Counted from the first letter of the stretch, positions 40,164-50,084 are shown. The stretch: 64,000 nucleotides of DNA from Thermodesulfovibrionales bacterium (GCA_044450345.1 JBIOIY010000007.1:15189-79188); one strand, 5' to 3'. The notes: generated by a model from the letters alone, not told the origin. Numbers and translations are program-made.

Positions 40164-40492
40164 TAAATTACCTCCAGGGCCTCCGAAGGAGTAAGCTCGG
40201 GATCCTCGTCGTCTTCCTCCAGGATGATGCGGGCAATACCCTCCATAAATACAAAATCGGGGCCCGTTCCCCGTTCCCCTCCCTTCGTACCGACCTTGGT
40301 AACGAAGGTATAGACAAGGGCGTCAGAGTCCTGTGAGAGTTCAGGCCCCTCCACGTTTGCGCCTATGAGAGCCGGATACGCCTCGCTATAGGCCGCCATT
40401 ATCTCCTCCGGTGTGGCATCGCTGTCGATATCGTCCAAAATTAACTGCTCATAGCGAAATTTTCTGGGCAGTGCTTCGGTTGTCTTTTCCAT
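40163..40492 (-). CDS. PRTRC system protein C (ubiquitin-like) with C-terminal extension
   Basis: RKFRY..L.D.....TPEE....YS..YP.L..A.VEGPE..YTF..KVGTKGG followed by ~37 more residues. Confidence 0.85.
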   Translation of the reverse strand: MEKTTEALPRKFRYEQLILDDIDSDATPEEIMAAYSEAYPALIGANVEGPELSQDSDALVYTFVTKVGTKGGERGTGPDFVFMEGIARIILEEDDEDPELTPSEALEVI

Positions 40493-41086
40493 TTAGGCTG
40501 CCTCCTCCTCAAGCTCCTCAGACCCTGGGGCCTCTTCCTCTTCAGCGTTGCCCGCCGCTTCTGTACCCGAAGCGGAACCGGTAGTGGCAGTTGTGTCCTT
40601 TTTCTCTGCGACATCTTCGCTCGTGATAGAGCCAAATAGACCACCTTCCGGTTCGCTCTTACCTTTTTCCGGTTTCTTTGCATCCTTAGCGTCAGCCTTT
40701 ACTGCTGGCTTCGCTGTCGTCGCCGGTTTCTTGTTTTTCAGCGACTTGAGCGTCTCATTAAGGGCCTCGGTGCTCTCGTTGATCGCGTCTTCCAGGCTCT
40801 TCGCCGTCTGGAACCTCTTGCTGATTTTCTCCTCGAATGTCTCGGTGAGGACCTCCGGGGATTCAGCGAAGGCGAGCACCTTATCCAGCTCCTTCGATGC
40901 CTTATCAATCGCCTCGATAGACGCCTTGGCGTCCTTGTCGTTGCTGTAGGAACTTTCTTTCTTGATAAGGCTGTGGGTGTTTTTGTACATAACGCCAAGC
41001 CTGCCGTCCTTGTTCTTTTTGACGGTGATGCTGATGCTGCCGTCGTCGGGGATATAGTTCTGCAAAAGGGTAAAGTTGATAAGCAT
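40493..41086 (-). CDS. Probable PRTRC system protein E
   Basis: First gene of the module; AESPEVL segment, Lys/Ala-rich linker, GLFG motif and acidic tail. Confidence 0.65.
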   Translation of the reverse strand: MLINFTLLQNYIPDDGSISITVKKNKDGRLGVMYKNTHSLIKKESSYSNDKDAKASIEAIDKASKELDKVLAFAESPEVLTETFEEKISKRFQTAKSLEDAINESTEALNETLKSLKNKKPATTAKPAVKADAKDAKKPEKGKSEPEGGLFGSITSEDVAEKKDTTATTGSASGTEAAGNAEEEEAPGSEELEEEAA

Positions 41087-41364
41087 GCTGTTTCCTCCTG
41101 AAAATTACAAATTCGTTTAATGAAAGTGCCCCGCGGGTCGTCAAAGACGCACGCCACGGGGCCTTTATGGGGACTGTTACGATGACTGATGAGATTGAAA
41201 AAACTGATCTGCTGAGGCTACTGGATTGTGATGGTATCGCCGCTATTTGCCGGATTATCAGAGACTATGTAGCCTCCGAAAAGCAAAGCAGCCTCTTCGC
41301 GAGGTTTTGCCCTCCACTTATTGGGGCCTTTGCATGCGTCCTTGCGTCCGTGAAACAATCTCAC

Positions 41365-42640
41365 TTGACATCCTCCCCATCCTAAAAACGAGGATTCCAG
41401 GGAAGCGGCTTATGCCGCTTCCTTTCGGGTTCCTGCTTCATCGAGGGGCCTTACTGCGCCGACCTCTCCACAGGCTAACACGGCATGCCCTGCCGCTAAA
41501 ATATTCAGTGCAGCTACATAGTCGGCGTTCGCCGTATAGCGACATCTGAGACATCTAAAAACAGATTGTGAGCTTCGATTATTGGGGTGGATGTGTCCGC
41601 ACTCCGGACATCTCTGGGATGTATGCTGAGGTGGTACCACCACAAGGTGTCCGCCTCTCCACCATTGCTTGTAATCGAGCATTCTTCGGAACTCATACCA
41701 GCCTTGATCGAGTATCGCCTTATTCAGGGCAGACTTCTGCCTGACCTTCTTCCCAGGATTCTCCTTTGTTCCCCTTGCCGTAGACGACATGTTGATTACC
41801 TTCAGGGCCTCCATTGCGACCAGAGCGTGGTTTTTGCTTATGGTCGTACTGATTTTGTGAAGGTAATCTTTCCTCGCAGCGGCTATGCGTGCGTGAACTG
41901 CATTGACCCTGGCCCTCTGCTTATGCCAGTTCTTCGAGAACTTCACCTTTTGAAACAACTTCCGCTGTTGCTTGGCCAGTTTCGTCCCGAGTGTCTTAAG
42001 ACTGTTTAGCGGCTCGAAGAACGTTCCATTGGACAGAGTGGCAAATCTGGTAACGCCCATGTCGATACCAACCGCATTTTTAGAGGGGTGCACTGGGTCT
42101 GCAACTTCGATCTCGACTTGGATGGCTACATACCAGTGCTTCCCATGACGTGAAACGGTAATGTTCTTAGGGGTCCCCTCGATCTCTCTACTCTTAAAGA
42201 AAGGCACCCAGCCTATCTTCGGCAAATAGATGACATTTCCATTAATCACAAAACTCTGCGGATATCGGAAGGAATCATGGGTGCCTTTCTTCTTGAACTT
42301 TGGGAATCTCGACGTCTTATCAAAAGCATCCCGGATTGCCCTATAGAGATCCTTCAGTGTCTGTTGAAGCGGCTGTGAGTGAACCGCACTCAGAAAGCAG
42401 AGGTCCCTGTCTTTTTTCCAATCCACCAACAACCCGGCCAGTTCGTTATAAGATAGATAAAACTGTTTGTTTGCCAGGCGCTCTTTTTGTATGGCAAGAG
42501 CTTTATTCCAGACAAATCGGCTACAGCCGGAAGACTGCCGCAGCTTCGCTTCATGGTGAGGTTTAGGTTTAAGACAAAATCTATAGCCTTTTCGTATCAG
42601 CATCTTGGTTATTTAATGGAATCGGTTCCTGTTTGTCAAG
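41365..42640 (-). mobile_element. tnpB-only IS200/IS605-family element (left boundary approximate)
   Basis: Right end reads GGAATCCTCGTTTTTAGGATGGGGAGGATGTCAA on the minus strand, ending at 41365; no tnpA. Confidence 0.7.
41410..42603 (-). CDS. tnpB: RNA-guided endonuclease TnpB
   Basis: N-terminal HTH (GCSRFVWN); RuvC D (GIDMG), E (AMEAL) and D (NADYVAALNI); CPEC..CLRC zinc ribbon. Confidence 0.93.
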   Translation of the reverse strand: MLIRKGYRFCLKPKPHHEAKLRQSSGCSRFVWNKALAIQKERLANKQFYLSYNELAGLLVDWKKDRDLCFLSAVHSQPLQQTLKDLYRAIRDAFDKTSRFPKFKKKGTHDSFRYPQSFVINGNVIYLPKIGWVPFFKSREIEGTPKNITVSRHGKHWYVAIQVEIEVADPVHPSKNAVGIDMGVTRFATLSNGTFFEPLNSLKTLGTKLAKQQRKLFQKVKFSKNWHKQRARVNAVHARIAAARKDYLHKISTTISKNHALVAMEALKVINMSSTARGTKENPGKKVRQKSALNKAILDQGWYEFRRMLDYKQWWRGGHLVVVPPQHTSQRCPECGHIHPNNRSSQSVFRCLRCRYTANADYVAALNILAAGHAVLACGEVGAVRPLDEAGTRKEAA

Positions 42641-42839
42641 GGGCAACGGACGGGCAACGGACACATTTTATATTCCCTTCCCTTGAAGAAACGGGGTCTT
42701 GCGATGCTACCACGATAAATAGGCATTACTGATCTCCTTTCACTGTGTGGTTAGCGAAAAAAGTCTAAGGCGGTAAGGCAACGCATCTTGACAAGCTTAT
42801 GGATGTTACATCCATTAAGGATGCTGCGCAGCTTCGCTC

Positions 42840-43004
42840 TTATCGCCAGACTTCCTGCGCTATTAAGACTCTCAAAAAGGTTTCTTTGGGCCAGCTGTCT
42901 TCCGATGTACAAAGGGTTTCCAAAAGAAACTGTTCGGTCAACTTCCGCGCATTACGGTGGTCTTTGCTGTTGATCAGCTCTACAATCTCTAATGTTCCGC
43001 GCAT
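42840..43004 (-). CDS. Small hypothetical protein
   Basis: Not in the ORF track. GGAGG RBS; MRGTLEIVELINSKDH..VLIAQEVWR*. Confidence 0.4.
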   Translation of the reverse strand: MRGTLEIVELINSKDHRNARKLTEQFLLETLCTSEDSWPKETFLRVLIAQEVWR

Positions 43005-43037
43005 ACTGCTTCCCTCCATAATAACGCCCGCCCTCTG

Positions 43038-44147
43038 TTATTTCCGAACGGGCATAATAAGGCAGATATAGTCCAGTGACCCATTGTTTGTCATGAGCGC
43101 CGGTGTCAGGGGCTGAGCAAAAGACAATGTCACCTTCTCGGTGCCGGATTTCTCGAACATGGCGGCTGCATCAAGTAAAAACCCGGGATCGAAAGCGGTT
43201 TCAAAAGCCGCGCCGCCGTATTCAACGTCCAAGCTGTCTGTTGCCTCACCGACTTCATTCGACCCCGTTGAGATATTAAGTTTCTTCTCGCTGATGTCGA
43301 GCGAAACCGCCCTTTTGCCCTCTTTTGTCAGGATCATCGCCTTACGAAGCGAACCGGCCAGCGCCGCAGGCTCGACCACGACCTTCTTGTCGTTGTCGGC
43401 AGGTATCACCGCCTGATAATTTGGATATGACCCCTCGATAAGACGGCCGAGAACATCGACCTCTCCCGTTTTGAACAATATGTGGTTCTTGCTGAAATTG
43501 CAGGTGATGACAGTTTCCTCGTCAAGAAATTTTCGCAGTTCTATCGCGGCTTTCCTTGGGACAATGAGTTTCCTTTCATCCCCTTCGGCCACAACATCTT
43601 TGGTCATAAGGGCCAGCCTATGCCCGTCTGTTCCGACGATGGTCAGCTGCTTCTGGTTCGGGGTCAGGTGAAAGAGCAGTCCATTAAGGGCGTATCTGGT
43701 ATCGCTTTGCCCTGTGCAAAAGACGGTTTGCTCAAGCATCGTTGCGATTTCACCGGCCTTTAGCGAGAAACTACCCTCTTCCTTCATATTCGGCCAGGAA
43801 GGGAAGTCCTTAGGAGGCAGGCATGCAAGTTTGAATTTGCTTTTCCCGATCGACACTGCCAGCCATTCAGGCTCCTTGGACTCAAGGGTAATGTCTCCCG
43901 CATCCATTTCTTTGATGATCTCCAACAGCTTGCGAGCCGGTGGGCAGGTCTGCCCTTCTTCTATCACTGTGGCTGTCAAGGGTTCGCGGACCCCGACGTT
44001 AAGATCTGTTGCCCTGATTGTCGTTTTGCCTCCCCGCGCTGTTAAAAGAAAGTGAGAGAGTATCGGCTTGGTCGAGCCTTTGTCGACTATATTTGCGATA
44101 CCTCCGAGTGCCGTGCGAAGATCGTCTTTTGTTACCGTGATTTTCAA
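43038..44147 (-). CDS. dnaN: DNA polymerase III beta sliding clamp
   Basis: PILSH, ATDL, TRYALNG, VGTDGHRLA, LIEGSYPNY and terminal LIMPVR; AGGAGG RBS with TTG start. Confidence 0.93.
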   Translation of the reverse strand: MKITVTKDDLRTALGGIANIVDKGSTKPILSHFLLTARGGKTTIRATDLNVGVREPLTATVIEEGQTCPPARKLLEIIKEMDAGDITLESKEPEWLAVSIGKSKFKLACLPPKDFPSWPNMKEEGSFSLKAGEIATMLEQTVFCTGQSDTRYALNGLLFHLTPNQKQLTIVGTDGHRLALMTKDVVAEGDERKLIVPRKAAIELRKFLDEETVITCNFSKNHILFKTGEVDVLGRLIEGSYPNYQAVIPADNDKKVVVEPAALAGSLRKAMILTKEGKRAVSLDISEKKLNISTGSNEVGEATDSLDVEYGGAAFETAFDPGFLLDAAAMFEKSGTEKVTLSFAQPLTPALMTNNGSLDYICLIMPVRK

Positions 44148-44212
44148 TGTGGGAACCTCCTGTTTAATAGTGGAATAGTGCCTTCTGTGTATCAGTATGC
44201 TCGGACAGAAGG

Positions 44213-44353
44213 CTATTTCTGTTTTGCGGGAGTCTTCTCCCTGCGTGTTCTTTGCTCTCTCGCCTTGGAAAGAACCTTTTTGGCTTCAATATCAATCGCA
44301 AAGTTTGAGAGCTCTTTCCTGGTCTCTTTCGTAATGACTGTTGAAAATCTCAT
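44213..44353 (-). CDS. Small basic hypothetical protein
   Basis: AGGAGG RBS before MRFSTVITKE. Confidence 0.45.
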   Translation of the reverse strand: MRFSTVITKETRKELSNFAIDIEAKKVLSKAREQRTRREKTPAKQK

Positions 44354-44370
44354 GTAGCCCTCCTTTGTTT

Positions 44371-44559
44371 TTAGATAGGCAGCCCGAATGTAAAGCCAAG
44401 CCGCCAGCATCCGGCTTTGTCACTGCCGATGGGATGAGGATTGTCGGGAAGCGCCGAAGCATGACGCAACCCCAGTGAAACCAGCCGATAATGCTTCTTA
44501 CATGCGGCCTCACCCTGGCAAAAAGCTGTTTCGTCAAATTGTTCTTTGATGTATTCCAT
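44371..44559 (-). CDS. Hypothetical protein
   Basis: AAGGAG RBS; 62 aa. Confidence 0.45.
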   Translation of the reverse strand: MEYIKEQFDETAFCQGEAACKKHYRLVSLGLRHASALPDNPHPIGSDKAGCWRLGFTFGLPI

Positions 44560-44592
44560 AGAGTCTCCTTTTGTGATGGCGCTCGGCAGTGG

Positions 44593-44964
44593 CTAGGTTT
44601 TCCAATGGAAGTCGGGGCAAAGGAGCGAGCTTAGACTGTATATCTCCGCCCCAGCTGAGGTACACTCGACGGATAGTTTGCAGTCACCGCAAGCAGGCTG
44701 CCGCATGCGCACCACACGCACGATGTTAAGCTCCAGACTAAAGTCGCAGACATCGCAATACAGCTTCTCGATCACGGTCTCTCCCTGCTGGTCGGTCGGG
44801 ACAGTGAAAGATGCCGGTGGTGATATGGGCGCACTCTTATGCGTTAATACGCGCACCTTCATCTGCCCTAGCCGTTTGCACCTTGGGCACACGAATTCAG
44901 AGGGCAGCAACAAGGCATTCGACTGAGCTGAGGAGGCCCCTTCAAAAGTTATGGAACGAAACAC
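44593..44964 (-). CDS. Cys-rich hypothetical protein
   Basis: GAGGTG RBS; several CxxC motifs. Confidence 0.5.
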   Translation of the reverse strand: MFRSITFEGASSAQSNALLLPSEFVCPRCKRLGQMKVRVLTHKSAPISPPASFTVPTDQQGETVIEKLYCDVCDFSLELNIVRVVRMRQPACGDCKLSVECTSAGAEIYSLSSLLCPDFHWKT

Positions 44965-45018
44965 TACATATCACCTCTTTTCGCAGTAATTTCCCGGGGG
45001 ATAATCACACAGATAGCC

Positions 45019-45306
45019 TCATCCTCTTATCCTGCGCTGGGGACACTTCTGAAACCGGCAAGTGTTGTCGGTCCCAAGCGCAGCTGACACAAGGTTCGTT
45101 TTGAGAGTTTCCAAGCGGTCCGCACTGACTTTCGGCTCTTCCTTTTCCCAAATGATCGAGGCGCTTTTTACACAGCCATCGTTGGGAACTGCCACGTGCC
45201 CCTTGAAACGCCGGCATTTATGGATGACGCTGAAAGGGACAGTGACAACATCTCCTGCTGCAGTTTCGTTGATCCCCTTTTTTCCTTGCTCGACAGAAAC
45301 GACCAT
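45019..45306 (-). CDS. Hypothetical protein
   Basis: GGGAG RBS; co-oriented with its neighbours. Confidence 0.4.
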   Translation of the reverse strand: MVVSVEQGKKGINETAAGDVVTVPFSVIHKCRRFKGHVAVPNDGCVKSASIIWEKEEPKVSADRLETLKTNLVSAALGTDNTCRFQKCPQRRIRG

Positions 45307-45460
45307 ACTTATCTCCCTTCCGCCGCCTCTATGGCAGCATTAACCATTTCTATGACTTCTTTTCCGTACTTTAGATTTCGGGTGCCGCTCATGGATGCTG
45401 CGTTTTCAAATGTGGATTTTTCCATGGCGACACCCCCACCTAAATATTACTTTTTGACTG

Positions 45461-46639
45461 CTATGCTGCTACCTTTTGCAGAGTTTCCTGGACGGACGGC
45501 CGACCATAATAACTACGAAGATCGTCAAGGTCTTTGGCACAGGATCTTGCGAGTTTAGATGTGTCAGAGGCCAATGACCCTATAATCCTGATCTTTTTGT
45601 CATTCCAAAGTGGATCATGGATATAGTAGTCCGTCTCCGTTTGCTGCTTTGCCGATGGCGCGTAACCGTCTTTCAAAAGAGTTATTGGACGAAATCTGGA
45701 ATGAACAAGGCCAATTCTCAGCTTGCTCAGGTGGAGCAACTTTCTGACAATTATTTCGAAAGGCTCATTATGGTTATAGAGAACGAAGCATCTGATGTTG
45801 CGTACATTATATCCCTGCTTATCCAGTCCCTCCACGCATTTGTCCACCATCGGAGCCATATCGTATGACCCGTCCCAAGCAATCCGGATATTGGTCACTC
45901 TGCATGCCTTCAGTAAGGGAATAAGATGAAGTTTCTTCGAAAGTATCCTTACGTCAAAGCCCCCTTGTATCTCGATAGACGATAGGGGCTTTCCGTTGAG
46001 TTTAAAGTCGGCGAGGTTCCCGAGAAACGTTTCGACATCGCTTCGGGCAACAATGTTATTGTCGTTAAGTATGAGTTTCCTCATCTTAATCCTCTTTGAG
46101 AAGTACTCCCACGGATACTCTTCATATCCAAATCGCCATCCATAGCAGAAACTACATTTTCTGATACATCCGGAACTTGCTGCGTCTATCTGGGTTCTGA
46201 CTGTCGACGGAAGCAGATCATAGGCAGGGGTGACGGCCTCTGCATCTTTTAGTTTCCCAATGTGAACATCTGCGTAAGGGAACGCTTCACGGTAAAGATC
46301 AGGGTCCAAACTTGCATGCACACCCCCAATTCTTATTGTCGCCGCCGGATAAAGATTATGATACTTCTCGATGCACGGCTTTACATAGTCCTGAAACCAC
46401 CATGAAAAAACCGTAGTGATACCAATCAGATCAGGAACAAAGGGTATCCCCTCCCTCAAGAATAAATTGCCTTCCTTCTCCGGGTACAAGACATTGCCAT
46501 CGTCGAAATGTAAATGGACGTTATCGCCTTGCTCTCTGTGATAGGCGGCCAGTTTCAATAAGGGATACGGGAAATACTTAGCCGGATCCTTTAGTTTTTT
46601 GGGCTTAGGCCAGTCTGGCACAACAAGTAAAACATTCAT
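45461..46639 (-). CDS. Radical SAM protein with N-terminal cobalamin-binding-like domain
   Basis: PYPLLKLAAY, DLIGIT.VF and GGVHAS, then GCIRKCSFC (CxxxCxxC) and LNDNN; AAGGAG RBS at 46639 (alternative start 46681). Confidence 0.8.
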   Translation of the reverse strand: MNVLLVVPDWPKPKKLKDPAKYFPYPLLKLAAYHREQGDNVHLHFDDGNVLYPEKEGNLFLREGIPFVPDLIGITTVFSWWFQDYVKPCIEKYHNLYPAATIRIGGVHASLDPDLYREAFPYADVHIGKLKDAEAVTPAYDLLPSTVRTQIDAASSGCIRKCSFCYGWRFGYEEYPWEYFSKRIKMRKLILNDNNIVARSDVETFLGNLADFKLNGKPLSSIEIQGGFDVRILSKKLHLIPLLKACRVTNIRIAWDGSYDMAPMVDKCVEGLDKQGYNVRNIRCFVLYNHNEPFEIIVRKLLHLSKLRIGLVHSRFRPITLLKDGYAPSAKQQTETDYYIHDPLWNDKKIRIIGSLASDTSKLARSCAKDLDDLRSYYGRPSVQETLQKVAA

Positions 46640-46815
46640 TACGACTCCTTCCTGATAAATTTTGCGTTCGGGCTTCTTCATATCGGCAATTATTTTCAGG
46701 CCGACAATATTTCGGAGTTATTTCACCCACCCGACTCTAAGAGGCAAAGCGATATCTGGAACCCTCAACATACTGCTTGATAATTTCCGAGGTCGTATCC
46801 ATATTCCTCCTTCCC

Positions 46816-48456
46816 TCACGCTGCCTCTTCAATCGGGGCGTTGCCGAGGTTTAGCATTTTCTCCCCGTCTTTGGTGATTATTTTCACATGGGCTGTGCCG
46901 GGCTCCCAGATGATGCCGAGTATATTCCACGGGGATATCTTCGCGGTCCAGAAGCCCTTAAAAAGGTCGTCCCGCTGATATTTTCCGCTTATGTTCTGCA
47001 GATCATCCGATATCTCCTCGTTGAAGCTATTTTGCTGTGTCTCCCAGCTGTCTCCTTCATCGCTGCGGACCTTCTCAAAGACAAAGGTGTCGAGCCCGAG
47101 ATTGCGGAAGTCATCCGCCGCCAGCGAGTAGTAAATCGCTCCATCGCACCAGTTGTCGATCGCCGCAACGACAGGCACGCTCTTTCCTACGCACGAGATT
47201 GTTGCTTTTGCCCAACTGTAGTTACCCTGAAACTGGCCTGCGGTATCGGTGGTATCGATATCGATGTGCACCGTGCGTTCCTTCACTTCAACCCAGCCGG
47301 GCCGCCGGTCGCATACTGTGCGTTCAGTGACAGCCCTTTCGGGGAGGGCGATGATCGTATCTACCTCATGTAACTGTTCGCCATCGACTACAAGATCAAT
47401 GACCTCGTTTTCAAGAGCCCTTTTCTCTTCTTTCCCGATCAGGACAAGTTCCTTGCTTGGTCCCCACTCTTTCCCGGCATATGGCTCGTCCTGTAAATAA
47501 TAAAAACGGCTCAGGGAGTTCAGTTGCTCCTGTGTCCCGAAAACAGAGAGAAACTTCATGCGCTTCGCGAGGTCCTCTACGTTATTATTCGAACGGTCGT
47601 TTATATACGACACGCAGTACTCCGCTGTTTGTTCGCGGACAAAATCCAGAAACGTGTTCCAGCTGTCATCCCGCTTCATTTTCTCTCTAAAGGGCAGGAC
47701 GGGCGTCAGAGGACTCCCCGTTGTTATGTCGAGGATAACGCTGCGGCGACAGTCATTTCTTTCGTGCGGGATTTTGATGCCGTACCAGATAACGAGGGGC
47801 AAGGCGGCATTCTCGATATCGCTGCCGGAGTAATACCGAACGTCTGAAAGTATCGATTCTTTAATGCCAAGGAAATTATCTTTATATGTCGTCTTAATGA
47901 TGAATTCCCCGTCACTGGCGTGTTTCCGCTCGACGGCCTCCCCGTTGAGGGTTATGTCCATCGGGAAATACTTCAGCTGCGCCCTGTGCAGATTCAGATC
48001 AACTTTGTCCGACAGCACAATCTTTACGAAGAAGCCTTCGCATGTGTCTTCGCGGTTGACTCTGCCTAAAATGGACTCGCGATAGGGCTTGTCGTTTAGC
48101 AAACGGGTAGCATCTACCGTCACACTCCCAAAAAGGCTACGGAAGATGATCTCCGTTGCTATTGATACCAAGTGGAAGATACCAAATCCGGCAGGATTCT
48201 GGTCCCGCACAGTTTCTTCATCCCAGCCCGTATCCGCGAGCACAAAAAGCGGTTCTGCATGTTTCGCGCCCCGCCCATTGTCCACCGCGGTAAGCACGTT
48301 GTCTTTAAGTGTAATCGTGAGTTGACTGGCACGAGCGCGATGCGAATTCTGAGCTATTTCCACAAGAGAAGTCGATGGGTCACTGAAAAAGCATGGTAAC
48401 AACTTAAATAGTCTATCTGCATTGATCATATGCATCTCCTCTTTTGATTTGTTCAT
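46816..48456 (-). CDS. GHKL-type ATPase domain protein
   Basis: EIAQNSHRA, DNGRG and GFGIF boxes at the N-terminus; long unknown C-terminus. Confidence 0.75.
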   Translation of the reverse strand: MNKSKEEMHMINADRLFKLLPCFFSDPSTSLVEIAQNSHRARASQLTITLKDNVLTAVDNGRGAKHAEPLFVLADTGWDEETVRDQNPAGFGIFHLVSIATEIIFRSLFGSVTVDATRLLNDKPYRESILGRVNREDTCEGFFVKIVLSDKVDLNLHRAQLKYFPMDITLNGEAVERKHASDGEFIIKTTYKDNFLGIKESILSDVRYYSGSDIENAALPLVIWYGIKIPHERNDCRRSVILDITTGSPLTPVLPFREKMKRDDSWNTFLDFVREQTAEYCVSYINDRSNNNVEDLAKRMKFLSVFGTQEQLNSLSRFYYLQDEPYAGKEWGPSKELVLIGKEEKRALENEVIDLVVDGEQLHEVDTIIALPERAVTERTVCDRRPGWVEVKERTVHIDIDTTDTAGQFQGNYSWAKATISCVGKSVPVVAAIDNWCDGAIYYSLAADDFRNLGLDTFVFEKVRSDEGDSWETQQNSFNEEISDDLQNISGKYQRDDLFKGFWTAKISPWNILGIIWEPGTAHVKIITKDGEKMLNLGNAPIEEAA

Positions 48457-48511
48457 TAATGAAGGAATGTTAGATACCGGCTATCTTCAATACAATCTAA
48501 CGAGCAGGTGT

Positions 48512-49504
48512 TTAGGCGGCCTCACATAGCGGGGGTTCTGTCGCCATCAGAGCGTCCCTATAATCCATCTGTCCGCTGATAGAGAGAAATTCGTCGACAG
48601 CGTCTTCTTCTTTTGCCCTGGCAAAGCCCTCCTGAAAGGTGACAATATCCTTAAAGGTGTGATGCCAGATGTAATCAACTTCTTCGGCGGGTAAAAGCTT
48701 CTTCTCTCTTATATACTTCGTCATCGATCCGGGTCGCGCAATCCCTCCCCTTGTTCCCTTGACCGTGCTTCTCCAGAGGCCTTCGCAGCTTCTCAGGCGT
48801 GGGTGCGCTCTCGCTTCGAGTCTCACTATTCGCCTTAGAAGATCCAAAGGATATCCATCAAGTTCATGGGGCTTAACCGCAACGCAGAAAAAACAACTGC
48901 TCTTAATCGGTAACGGAAGACCAGCCCGCTGTATCTGTTTTTTACATTCCTCTCTGTCCCATCCCCATTCCTGAAGTGGCATACGATACTCGTAGAGATG
49001 CGTGTCTTTGGGGTTAGCCGAATACGTGCGCCGGCGGTCCGCCGGACTATCGTCAAAGCCGATCAATTTGATAACCCTCATATGAACCGACCAGGCAAGA
49101 CGAGCAGGATCCCATTTCTTTATGTAGTCATGTTGTGGCCCTTGCTTCCACTTGGATGAACAACTGGCCGGTCCGAATGACACCCCGGGCAACGTTCCGT
49201 TAGTCAAGAGATTAGTTTCAAGATTGTGATAAGGCGGATAATTCTTGAAATTCTTCGCTTGGTATTTGACCGTAACAATAGGCGGGAAGCCCTCTTTTTT
49301 AAGCCACTCTTGTATGACGGGCTTGAAATCGTATGTCTCGCGCCGCTCAGCACCCGTATCTGCGAAAAGGATGAGATCGGGCCGCTGTCCACACATGACC
49401 AGGCCTGCCAGTAAGGCTGTGCTGTCTATGCCCATGCCATAAGCTACGACGACTGGAGCTTTGATGTCCTTATACAACATTGCAAGCTGTTTCAGTTTGT
49501 TCAC
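48512..49504 (-). CDS. PAPS-reductase-like (PP-loop) protein
   Basis: AYGMGIDST, LFADTG.E..ETY, SCSSKWK, PLQEWGWDR and SSCFFC. Confidence 0.8.
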   Translation of the reverse strand: MNKLKQLAMLYKDIKAPVVVAYGMGIDSTALLAGLVMCGQRPDLILFADTGAERRETYDFKPVIQEWLKKEGFPPIVTVKYQAKNFKNYPPYHNLETNLLTNGTLPGVSFGPASCSSKWKQGPQHDYIKKWDPARLAWSVHMRVIKLIGFDDSPADRRRTYSANPKDTHLYEYRMPLQEWGWDREECKKQIQRAGLPLPIKSSCFFCVAVKPHELDGYPLDLLRRIVRLEARAHPRLRSCEGLWRSTVKGTRGGIARPGSMTKYIREKKLLPAEEVDYIWHHTFKDIVTFQEGFARAKEEDAVDEFLSISGQMDYRDALMATEPPLCEAA

Positions 49505-49615
49505 CTCCTTTCCTTAAATTCAGTCACCCTAATGACTCTCTCTCCCGGGGTACGGGAAAGGCGCTCCCGTATCCCGGCTTTATCATTGGTGTGCCAGAAT
49601 TTGTGAGAGCTTTTC

Positions 49616-50056
49616 CTACTGGAGAGCGGCTGCTTCCCGAGCGTCCTCATCCGAACAGCCCCGGGCCTTTGCTTCCTTGTAACGAAGCTGCCAATCAAAC
49701 CATCTGAGGTGATCTTTTTTGTCTTCTTCGTCGGTGATAAGATCAAGACGGGGGTTACCCGGGATGATGCAAACTGACTGCACAACATGCATCCTTGCCC
49801 TCCGTTCCGCCTCTTTCTTACTCTCATACCCCGAATGAGCGCACTGAGGTGTGAATTCGCCTCCTATAAGCTGGTATTGCCAGGAGTGCTTGATACGGGA
49901 GAACACAACTGCGATCGTGTCGACCATGACAATGGTAGGCCCACCTTCTGCGTCCTTGATAAAAGACTGCATTTGCCTGGAAGCCTCGGATTTGGCTTCT
50001 TTCACAGTCCTTCCCTTTCCTGTAAATCCGTAATACTCCATGCTGATGGTTTTCAT
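49616..50056 (-). CDS. Hypothetical protein
   Basis: AAGGAGG RBS before MKTISMEYYG. Confidence 0.6.
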   Translation of the reverse strand: MKTISMEYYGFTGKGRTVKEAKSEASRQMQSFIKDAEGGPTIVMVDTIAVVFSRIKHSWQYQLIGGEFTPQCAHSGYESKKEAERRARMHVVQSVCIIPGNPRLDLITDEEDKKDHLRWFDWQLRYKEAKARGCSDEDAREAAALQ

Positions 50057-50084
50057 ATGAACCTCCTTCGGTGAAAAGTGAGCG

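Noticed and set aside
41167..41385. Plus-strand 72-aa ORF
   Set aside because: It is opposite to all neighbours, runs into the IS right end, and has no clear RBS.
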